Assembly (NCBI RefSeq): GCF_036971445.1
Contig: NC_091470.1
Location: 157,108,001-157,172,000 of the forward strand
DNA length: 64,000 bases
Reading direction: 5' to 3'
Source of the DNA: Narcine bancroftii
Taxonomy: Eukaryota
The notes below the pieces were generated by a model. The model saw only the letters and a list, made by a program, of their open reading frames with translations, had not been told where the DNA came from and ran no database searches. The position numbers and the translations under genes are program-made. This document shows, one piece after another, positions 13,573-24,129 of the stretch; position 1 is the stretch's first letter, and each line of letters opens with the position of its first letter.

Positions 13573-14020
13573 CAATGGACCACAAAGATTTTGCTCCCTG
13601 AACACTTTTGGGTGTATTTTATGGATTTTTGGGCTGCTGATCACAAAAATCACCTTAAAATATTCTTATCACACCATTTTTTTGGAGTCTATTTTGTGAT
13701 TTCCTGTCACTTTTTAAGACTACTAGTATATTGTCCACAAAGCTGTTTTGGTCAGTGTAGGTGCTATGCAAATGTTGTCTTAGGCCTGGGCATGCTTAGT
13801 TAGGATAGATGCAGACAGGCTCTAAAAGCTGCTCACATATACAGATGCTGTGCATTACAATGACTACAGATTGAACATATGTTGATGCACATGTTCTTCA
13901 CGCCATAGCATTGTGAGTATTGTTTTCAGCAAAACTCAATGCAGCAGAAATGTCTAGTGAATGTTGCAACCGCTGCGATCATTCTGTTACATTTGTGGTG
14001 AGTATACACTTAAGGCTGAA
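13573..14020 (+). mobile_element. Chapaev3-like (CMC) DNA transposon 5' fragment with frameshifted transposase N-terminus
   Basis: Starts TTA|CAATGGACCACAAAGATTTT...GGATTTTTGGGCTGCTGATCACAAAAATCAC. ATG at 13950 gives MSSECCNRCD, then after a 1-nt deletion FCYICGEYTLKAE (13982-14020), resembling the Chapaev3 zinc-binding N-terminus (from memory). Confidence 0.65.
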
Positions 14021-14399
14021 TTCATTTAAATGTTTCTCTAACTTCCTATGTGATGCAGCAAATCTAAAATTGTGTGTGTTCAGTTTGAAGTTGCCTACGA
14101 TAATCACCAATTTGTTTTCAGGAAGCAAACCTTTGGGGGGGTGGGGGGGAATTTTGTCCAGTGTAATCTGCTCTCTTGAACAAGCAGAAGGCAAAGGTAG
14201 CCCAAGAGATAGAAGTTTCCATTGTCTTTGGAGTTTACAGTCCTGCCCTGTAAAATTAACAATCTTTGACTTCCAAACACTGAGCTCTAAGTCATCTACG
14301 TTAAAACTGCCCCACTTTGTAATCACAGTCTATACCATACCCACCCAGTTTTTGAGACTAAAAATAGCCTGTTCTCGATTACAAGTGCAAAGGGATGTT

Positions 14400-15220
14400 T
14401 TAAACCTCAGAGATTCATGAGAGTGCATTGGATTTGTTTTAACGGAGAGGTTTATCAAGTGATAGAAGTGGAGACATTGAGATTACATCACTGGTTTAAA
14501 GAATGGGAAAAGATCAAATTAGGTCAAATGGACTTTTCACATTTGTGATTTTGGCAGTGACTTCGTTTCATCCCACACTTCCTCAGGTTAACTCTGCCCC
14601 TCCAAAATCAACAAGGCTTGTCATATTGCATTGTTCAATACTAGTCCAGGTGAAACTAATACTGGTGTGTGCCTTGGCCAATAGTTCCTCAGGTGTGACT
14701 GCCAGCAGGACTTGTGTTAACCCCATTGGCCTTATCACCCTTTCAACTTGTTCTTTCACATGATCATCAACTCTAATTTTGGCCGGAGCACCTGGGGGAG
14801 TAGCCACCAGAGGTCAGGATAAAACCATGATCCCCAGAACTGAGGTGGCAGTGCTAACTGATGCACCTTTTTACCACATGCACGCCTCCGACAGTGCAAC
14901 TCTAGTACTGAAGCACTGATTAGTTCCATCTCATTCACAAACCTTTTGTATTAGTCACCTGGAATTTTGACACAATGGGAGGGGAAAAAAACTCTAATCT
15001 TTACACAAATTAACATTGAAATTACTCTTTAATTTTTTTTTTGCTGACACATTTCACATTCACATGTGCCACGTTTTTAAGCATTTTGCACCTTCATTCG
15101 ACTTCACCCTTACACACTTCACACACATTTCGACAAGATAACAAATCAACACTACTGCAACGAGTCAAAGACGAACACACATCGTGATAACTCACCCCTC
15201 GCTCTCCCTGATCTCTCATC
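14400..15220 (-). mobile_element. Possible highly decayed Gypsy LTR-retrotransposon internal relic
   Basis: Peptide VLELHCRRRACGKKVHQLALPPQF resembles the LYR...QLVLP segment preceding the Gypsy integrase H2C2 domain; no catalytic motifs or LTRs found. Confidence 0.35.
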
Positions 15221-15904
15221 CCACTTGGAATCCATGGATGTCACCATGGAGCATGTGGAACGGGATTTCCAGAGATTTCTAGCGTTTACTGTATCTTCCT
15301 ATAATCAAGTGATCGATTGAAGGCCATCACTTTGGTTCTGCTCCGCTGGATTGGATTTCCCAGTTTGTTGAATTGCCAACTGCCCCTCAGAGACCATCTT
15401 TCTAAACTGGGTATGCATTCCAACCCCAGTCATGAAATCTTCTGTTCGACACCAATAACCCATGGATACCAGATGAACACCAGATCAGCGCAGACATGAA
15501 CCAGCCTTCTGATTTAAGGGAGGGTACGGGGCTGAAGGAAGACTATTCCTGCACTGGATAAATTGGAGTTGGTGGGAACAGGATGTGGGGTAAGGTTGAG
15601 AGAGGGGATGTAACAATTTAACTGCTCAAAAAAAATTACAAATTTATAAAACTTCCTGTTCTGTCTGTTGCCATATTAAACTTTAATAAAAGGAGAAGCC
15701 ATGGGAATTTATATTTTTAATCATGTTGTTCAGAGTATTGCAGACAATTAAATTTTTACACTTGTCTGCAAGTTACATCCTGCAGAATTGTACAGTTCTA
15801 GATCCCTTCAGTGCAAGGGGCTGATGATGTAATTTAGGCCTTGAATTCCTTACCTGGTCCTAGCACTAGAACTGGAGTCACTTCAGATCTGAACACTGCG
15901 TGAA

Positions 15905-16440
15905 ACTCGAGAGTCCGCAGACACTGAAATGCTGAGGGAACTCAGCTAGTCATGCAGCATCCATAGGAGGTAAAGATAGGTCTCCTCTACGTCGGAGAGA
16001 CCGGACGACCGCTTTGTTGTGCATCCCGGCTCTGTGCACCGCCACAGCATGGATTCCCCCAGTGGCCACCCATTCCCTTGCTGACACATTTGTCCATGCT
16101 CTCCTGCAGTTAGATTGAGGCCACCCTCCAACCAGATCTTTTCTGGCTTTTGTCAAACCCTCCACCCCCTTCTTTCCCCCCAACTCTCTCTTTCCCTCTC
16201 TTTTCCTTCAGTCTCCTTTTCAAAGAGCCAAAATCAATTCTCACCTCTTTTCCAATTAACACCTTTTGTGGGTCTGGACTCCTCCCCCAGCCAGTCTTGT
16301 CTTTATTCTGAGCCTTCCTGTTCTCTATATTCTTTGCTTATTCCTTAAGGGCTCAGGCCCGAAACATAGGTAATACAATTACCTCCTATGGTCGCTGAGA
16401 GACCAGCTGAGTTCCTCCAGCATTTCGGTGTGTTTTTAAA
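15905..16440 (+). mobile_element. Penelope-like remnant with GIY-YIG fragment and inverted terminal repeats
   Basis: 15988-16075 encodes YVGETGR / DRFVVHPGSVHRHSMDSPVATH (GIY-YIG endonuclease). Arms ~15920-15973 and ~16379-16430 are reverse complements. Confidence 0.8.
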
Positions 16441-17020
16441 CATTTTTCCATGTTCAAATAAAAAGACTTCGCCTGTCTGCCTTGCAAACGAGTTCAGGCA
16501 TTGGAGGTCTAAACCAAGAGAGCGGGGACCCAACTATCTCTGCCATCGGGCTGGAGTTCCAGTCATCCTGCTGGGTTGGTGCAATTACTTGGGGCCAATG
16601 CATATCTTCCTTAAAATGAGGGCCCTTAAAGCAATCTTTGAAAGAGTCGGGTGTCCCATTAGTTTATCAAAGTGCACCAAATGTGGTTTTCTGATGGATG
16701 GAGGGAGATCCGAGTTTACAGGCAGGCAGGGGAGTGACAACCAATATTAATGAGATGGGAAAGTCTGCAAAGAAGTTAAAACCAGATTACCATCGAGTCA
16801 TTTTGAAACACCTCTTCGGTATAAGTACTCAAAATAAGAAGAGATTACAGAGAAGCAGCTGCTTTGGGCTGTAACCCAGGATATTTACAAAATGTACAGG
16901 TCACTGGTTCAGGACAAGGGCCGTCTCACGTCAGCAGCAGTGGTTTTGATCCGGTTTTAAAAGGATTCGGAAGTCTCCACAGGCTCCATGTTTCGAGTCC
17001 CAGCTTCTGGCAGTTGAAGG

Positions 17021-17350
<330 letters not shown>

Positions 17351-17849
17351 TTAATTGGGGAAAGGCTCATTTTGATGGGATTTGGCAGGAACTGGGCAGA
17401 GTAAATTGGGAACAGATATTCTCAGGAAAAGCACAGATGTAATGTGAAGGATGTTTATGGACCACTTTTGTGGGGTTCAGGATAGATTTGTCCCACCGCG
17501 ACAGGGAAAAGATGGTGGGATACGGGGACAGTTGTTGACAAAAGAGGTGAAACAGCCAATTAAGAGGAAGAAGGGTTGAAAGTGGCATCACAGGGAAATG
17601 GGGGGGGATAATTATAAAGTGGACATACAGTGTAACAATAAACCACATCCTGCACGGCCAGGACCAGCCCTGGCTTTAAGCAGACAAGGTCAGAGGAACA
17701 TGGTCACAGCTCCCATGATGTGCTCAAACTAATAGCCCAATCTCTGCTCCATCAGCCTGTTCTGGTGTGAGTGGCCAATGGGTCTTACAGGAACTTCATG
17801 GAAGTTTTGGCTGTAGTATCTTATCCTGGCCCGTGCATCTCCCCAGTCA

Positions 17850-18350
<501 letters not shown>

Positions 18351-18363
18351 TTACTATACAGTT

Positions 18364-18571
18364 ACCTCACTGACAAAAGGCAAAGGAGGAAAAACCCAAC
18401 ACCCAACCCCAACCAACCAATTTTCCCTTGCAACCGCTGCAATCGTGTCTGCCTGTCCCGCATCGGACTGGTCAGCCACAAACGAGCCTGCAGCTGACGT
18501 GGACTTTTTACCCCCTCCATAAATCTTCGTCCGCGAAGCCAAGCCAAAGAAAAAAAGAAAGAAGAAAAAAA
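18364..18571 (+). mobile_element. Young 5'-truncated RTE-clade LINE 3' end in TMEM240 intron 2
   Basis: Uninterrupted frame LTDKRQRRKNPTPNPNQPIFPCNRCNRVCLSRIGLVSHKRACS* (RTE C-terminal Cys/His motif), A/GAA-rich tail, flanked by ACAGTT at 18358-18363 and 18572-18577. Confidence 0.8.
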
Positions 18572-18589
18572 ACAGTTCCTTTAGCACAA

Positions 18590-19270
18590 ATCCTCCATGG
18601 TGACCAAATTCCCTGTCCCATTTCCCTGCGATGCCCACATCCCTCTGAAATTTTCCGATCCATGTCTTTGAAATGCTGTAGTAAAATGTCATCACCTCTG
18701 GCAACTCATTGCATACACCCACCATCCTGCGAGCAAAGGTTGTCCACAGTTCTTCTTAAATCTTTCCCCTCTCAATCTGTGACCTGTAGTTGTGGACTCC
18801 TCTACACTGGGAAACCTCTTTAAGGCCACCCTTTGGCCTCCTGTGCTCCAGCCAAACCTGTCTCTCCCTCTTACTCATCCCTCCTGAACCATTAACATCC
18901 TGTGAATCTTTTTCACAACCTTTCTGGCTTGATGACATCCCTCTTCTAACGAGTCAACTACAGAGAATGCACTCTCAAGAGCTTTCTCACCAATTTCTGA
19001 GATGATGTCCAGTTACTGTGCTCACTGCTCTAATGAAGACAAGCACCAACCTGTCTGTCCTACCACTTTCAGGGAATTATGCACTTGGACCACTGGTCTC
19101 TCTCTATCCTTCCACTCTTCAGGGGGTTACATTTACTCTGCAAGTCCTGCGAAAAATGCAGGACTTCACATTGCCAACAGTGTTAAATTCCTTGACCCAC
19201 GTTCACACTGAGATCACGGTCCACTACATCATCAATTTTGGTTTCACCCGCAAACCTACCAACCATGTCA
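18590..19270 (-). mobile_element. Decayed CR1-clade LINE fragment
   Basis: Minus-strand VGVCNELPEV and LEHRRPKGGLKEV are CR1 C-terminal motifs; continues at ~20232-20445 beyond the minisatellite. Confidence 0.65.
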
Positions 19271-19314
19271 ACTGCATTCTCATACAAAGAGCTGAAGGCC
19301 ATGAGAGAGGAAGG

Positions 19315-20235
19315 GGTTGGAGTTAGAGCGGAGAGAGGAGGGGGCTGGAGTTAGAGCGGAGAGAGGAGGGGGCTGGAGTTAGAGCGGAGAGAGGAGGGGG
19401 CTGGAGTTAGAGCGGAGAGAGGAGGGGGCTGGAGTTAGAGCGGAGAGAGGATGGGGCTGGAGTTAGAGCGGGGAGAGGAGGGGGCGGGAGTTAGAGCAAG
19501 GAGAGAAGGGGGCGGAAGTTAGAGCAGGGAGAGAAGGGGGCGAGAGTTGGGGTGGGAGAGCAGGGAGAAGAGGGGGCTGGAGTTAGAGCAGAGAGAGAGG
19601 AGGGGGCTGGAGTTAGAGCAGAGAGAGAGGAGGGGGCTGGAGTTAGAGCAGAGAGAGAAAAGGGAGCTGGAGTTAGCGCGGAGAGGAGGGGGTGGGAGAG
19701 CAAGGAGAAGAGGGGCCTGGAGTTAGAGAGGAGGGGGCTGCGGGGAGAAGAGGGGGCTGGAATTAGAGCAGAGAGAGGAGGGGGCTGGAGTTGGGGTGAG
19801 AGATTGGGGAGAGGAGGGGGCTGGAGTTGGGGTGGGAGATTGGGGAGAGGAGGGGGCAGGAGTTAGAACGGAGAGAGGAAGGGGCTGGTGTTAGAGTGGA
19901 GAGAGGAGGGGGCTGGAGTTGGAGTGGGAGATTGGGGAGAGGAGGGGGTGGGAGAGCAAGGAGAAGAGGGGCCTGGAGTTAGAGAGGAGGGGGCTGTGGG
20001 GAGAGGAGGGGGCTGGAGTTGGGGTGGGAGATTGGGGAGAGGAAGGGGCTGGAGTTAGAGTGGAGGGGGCTGGAGTTAGAGCAGAGGGGGCTGGAGTTAG
20101 AGCAGAGGGGGCTGGAGTTAGAGCGGAGGGGGCTGGAGTTAGAGTGGAGGGGGCTGGAGTTAGAGCGGAGGGGGCTGGAGTCAGAGCAGAGAGAGGAAGG
20201 GGCTGGAGTTAGAGTGGGGAGAGGAGTGGGGCTGG
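19315..20235. repeat. G/A-rich minisatellite (28-bp unit GGAGTTAGAGCGGAGAGAGGAGGGGGCT, later a 21-bp variant)
   Basis: Directly visible periodicity of 28 nt (19321, 19349...) and 21 nt (~20050-20175). Confidence 0.95.
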
Positions 20236-20934
20236 AATTATTTCCTCTTCCAATGTCCAACTGTACATTTCTCAACATTGTACCTCATCTACCATTTCTT
20301 TGCCCCCCTCTCCTAAACTGTCCAGGTCTCTCGACAACCTTTCAGTTTCTTCAACACTTCCTACTCCACCACCTACCTTGGTCTCATCTGCAAACTTTGC
20401 CACAAAACCATTCACTTCATAATCTAAATCATCAACACACATTGTAAAAAGAGGAGAGGACGGGATGGTGGGGAGAGAAAGGGGGGGTTAGAAAAGGGAC
20501 TGGGAGATAGCGGGGAGAGTAGGGGAAAGGGGAGGGGTGAGAGAGATGTTGAGATGGAGACGTGGACAGATGGGACAGAGCAGGGGTGAAGCAAGAGGGA
20601 TGGAGATCTGTAATAAGGTGGAGATAATCCGTGAAGGGGAACAGCGACAAGGGCTGCAGGGTCAGCTGAAGAAGGCACCATTAGAGGTGGCAAGGGAAAG
20701 ATTTGGAGGAGAGAATGGGGGCGGAATTGAGGTGGGGAGGAGAGGATGGGAAAGAGAAGGTGGAGCAGAGGTGCGGAGGAGATGGGATGGAGAGGGTGGG
20801 GGCAGAGATAATGGGGAGGATGAGGCAGAAATGAGGGGGAGAGGATGGGGAAAAGGAAGGAAGAAGAATATAGGGAATGGAATTAGAGGACAGTGGAAGG
20901 AATGATGGGGGATAGAAGGTGAGGACGGGGGGGT

Positions 20935-21535
20935 TAATGGAGAGGACTGGGGGAATGGAGAGGACTGGGGGAATGGAGAGGACTGGGGGAATGGAGAGGA
21001 CTGGGGGAATGGAGAGGACTGGGGGAATGGAGAGGACTGGGGGAATGGAAAGGACTGGGTGAATGGAGAGGACTGGGTGAATGGAGAGGACTGGGGGGAT
21101 GGAGAGGACCGGGGGGAATGGAAAGGACTGGGGGAATGGAGAGGACTGGGGGGATGGAGAGGACTGGGGGAATGGAGAGGACGGGGGGATTGGAGAGGAC
21201 GGGGGGGAGTTGGAGAGGACGGGGGAGGAATGGAGACGACGGGGGAGGAATGGAGACGACGGGGGGACAAATGGAGAGGACGGGGTAGAGATGGGGGGTT
21301 GGGGGAAGAGGTGCGGGGGTTGGGGGAAGAGGTGGGGGGGTTGGGGGAAGGGGTGGGGGGTTGGGGGAAGAGGTGGGGAGGATGGGGAAGAGGTGGGGGG
21401 GTTGGGGGAAGAGGTGGGGGGGTTGGGGGAAGAGGTTGGGGGAAGAGGTGGGGGGTTGGGGGAAGAGGTGGGGGGGTTGGGGGAAGAGGTGGGGGGGTTG
21501 GGGGAAGAGGTGGGGGGGTTGGGGAAGTGGGGGTT
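20935..21535. repeat. G-rich minisatellites (18-bp GGGGGAATGGAGAGGACT, then 21-bp GGGGGGTTGGGGGAAGAGGTG)
   Basis: Tandem units directly visible; these produce the long low-complexity ORFs in the track. Confidence 0.95.
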
Positions 21536-21819
21536 GGGCAGTGAATGTGGAGACAGGTCCTGATTCCCCAATGGGGAGCTGAGGAGGGGTTGAGTGGGGG
21601 GAGAGAGGAGGGCGGGCGTAGAGGGAGGGGGATTTGTTGGTGGGGGAAGAGGAAGGGGATTGTAAAAGGTCAGTGTGGGGGTAAGAAAGGGAGATAGAGT
21701 GGAGAAGAGGAGAGGCTTGGGATGGGGAGGGGGGGAGACGGGACCCGGGTCACCACTGGGGAGAGAGGAGGGGGCTTGCGATTGGGGGAGACGGGACAAG
21801 GGCCGCCGCTGCCCCCTTA

Positions 21820-22260
<441 letters not shown>

Positions 22261-22585
22261 TCACATGCGCCACATCGGTTCGCTGCCGCAGTTCACATTG
22301 ATCCGCCCCCGGCCGCCGAGCTGGGGGGGGGGGGGAACGGGGATGGGGGGACACGGAGCAAACTTGGGAAGGTGGGGGGGGGGAATGGATGTGGGAAGGA
22401 GGCGGGGGCAGGAAAAGTGAGGGAGAGAGGAGGGGGACCAGGGAGGCGAGGGGTCGGGAGACACGGGGAGTGAAGTGTAGGGGAGGAAGGGAGGGTTCGG
22501 TGGTGCCCTCCAACCGGGAGGGGAGAGGGGGATGGTGGTGGCCGCAGCGCCCTGTGCTGGCCGCACTTTTGCCTTCCACACCGCA

Positions 22586-22677
22586 CCGGAGCCGGACCGG
22601 GGAGGACGGGAGTGCGCGCCGCGCCGGAGCCGGACCGGGGAGGACGGGAGTGGGCGCCGCGCCGGAGCTGGGGAGGA
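22586..22677. repeat. 38-bp GC-rich tandem duplication (~2.3 copies)
   Basis: CCGGAGCCGGACCGGGGAGGACGGGAGTGSGCGCCGCG starts at 22586 and 22624; partial third copy at 22662. Confidence 0.9.
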
Positions 22678-22742
22678 TCCACTCCCCTCCACTTGAAAAA
22701 TAACGAGACAGGCAGTGAACTCCGGCCAGGGTTTGTGTTTTT

Positions 22743-22748
22743 TTTAAT
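22743..22748 (-). terminator. SSU72: Candidate SSU72 polyadenylation signal (ATTAAA)
   Basis: Only AATAAA/ATTAAA hexamer seen on the minus strand between the SSU72 stop (22931) and the TMEM240 start (22101). Confidence 0.55.
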
Positions 22749-22930
22749 GAAGCTTCACGTTTGATACACTCTGCGCCATCATCAGTCTCCTGCAAGAGAG
22801 TGGTGAGACACATCACAGGACCCGCACCGAGCAGCGATTCAAACTTAAAATAGACTATAAATTATATACAGATCAGCACTGCAGCGGCGGCAGAAACCTG
22901 CGCGCCTCTCCTCCCTCCCACCCTCGCCCC

Positions 22931-23032
22931 TCAGTAGAAGCAGACTGTGTGCAGGAAGGTCCGGCCACTCTTCTCCTCCAGCTCCTGGATCAGCTCATCG
23001 ATCTCATTCTCCATATCCTCGGTGCGCTGAAT
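22931..23032 (-). CDS. SSU72: SSU72 RNA polymerase II CTD phosphatase, last coding exon
   Basis: tctag acceptor; IQRTEDMENEIDELIQELEEKSGRTFLHTVCFY*, matching the vertebrate SSU72 C-terminus; 102 nt; too short for the ORF track. Confidence 0.97.
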   Translation of the reverse strand: MQRTEDMENEIDELIQELEEKSGRTFLHTVCFY

Positions 23033-24129
23033 CTAGACAAGACAGACAGACGGCGAAGGTCAGCGTTTTGTTAGGGAGACACTGGGACGGACGAGAGATG
23101 ATCTCTCTCATTTGGGGGGGGGGGGGGGGGGGAAGGGAGAAGTGGAGGAGAAAGAAGGGAGAAGTTGGAGAGGGAGAAAAGTGGGGGGGGGGGGGGGGAG
23201 TGAGTGATGATTTCTCCCAAGGCTGAACATTCAACCCCCAAAGTTATCAACATCACAGAGACAGCAGAATAAGGAGTGGAGCAGGGGCACAGGGTCAGCA
23301 GTTTGTCCTGTGCCAAACCCATACCTAATCGAGGGCCACCGTCCCCTCCCCAGTGACCCTTGCACTGAGGGGCTGCTGCAGGAACTCGGAGGAAAAGAAT
23401 GCTGGATGTTTCCAACCCAAACCCTTTATCCATACGGATTCCGTCTCTTCTCTCAAGGTCATTGCCCTGCAGAAACCAACTCTGCTCCTCCCTCCACCGA
23501 GAATTTCCAATGTTTATTGTTTGCTTCAGACTTCCAGCATCTGCAGAATTTGCTTGTTGTTGGGATTCTCTTTCCCTCTTTTCCCCCATCATTAAAGGTA
23601 CTGAGATAACCGTGTAAAAGAACAGTATCAGGCAATGATTGCAAACTAACCTCAACAACTGATTTTAAACAAAGGGTAAAGGGGAAAAAAGGCATGACAT
23701 TCTGATGGTAATTAAGATGCTCAAACCATCTATTTCACTAAAATATTGAGATAATGTACCAGTCTCCCGCATGCATTCGTCTTTCATAAAACCTGGCACT
23801 GTTTGCACGGGAGTGGGGCTCCACTGCCAGAAATTTAAGCAGGCTGTTACCCAACTGGGGCTGCAGATTCAATTGGTGGGAAGGGACTGAAGCAGAGTCA
23901 AAAGGAACCACCTCTCTTGCTTCAGGCCACTGCCCCATTGCAAGAGGGCAGGCAGGATCACTCCCGGCAGAGGAGGCAGATCCACAAAGTTGAGTGGGGA
24001 TTTTTCCCTCTGCTTTCCTATGTACGTATCAAGCCAAAAGGCCTGCTTCAGTCACAATTCTACGACTCTAATGCTCCGGGAGTTTGTCTCAACAGGTCCA
24101 AAGCAGATCCACAGCTGTGTGAACACTGA

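Noticed and set aside
1-17000. Exons of the expected syntenic neighbour (ATAD3-like) or another gene downstream of TMEM240
   Set aside because: No recognisable peptide or convincing splice-bounded ORF found; the short ORFs at 428-3275 look random.
22535-22565. Partial REST/RE1-like motif near the TMEM240 promoter
   Set aside because: Only half-site similarity with wrong spacing; likely by chance in GC-rich DNA.
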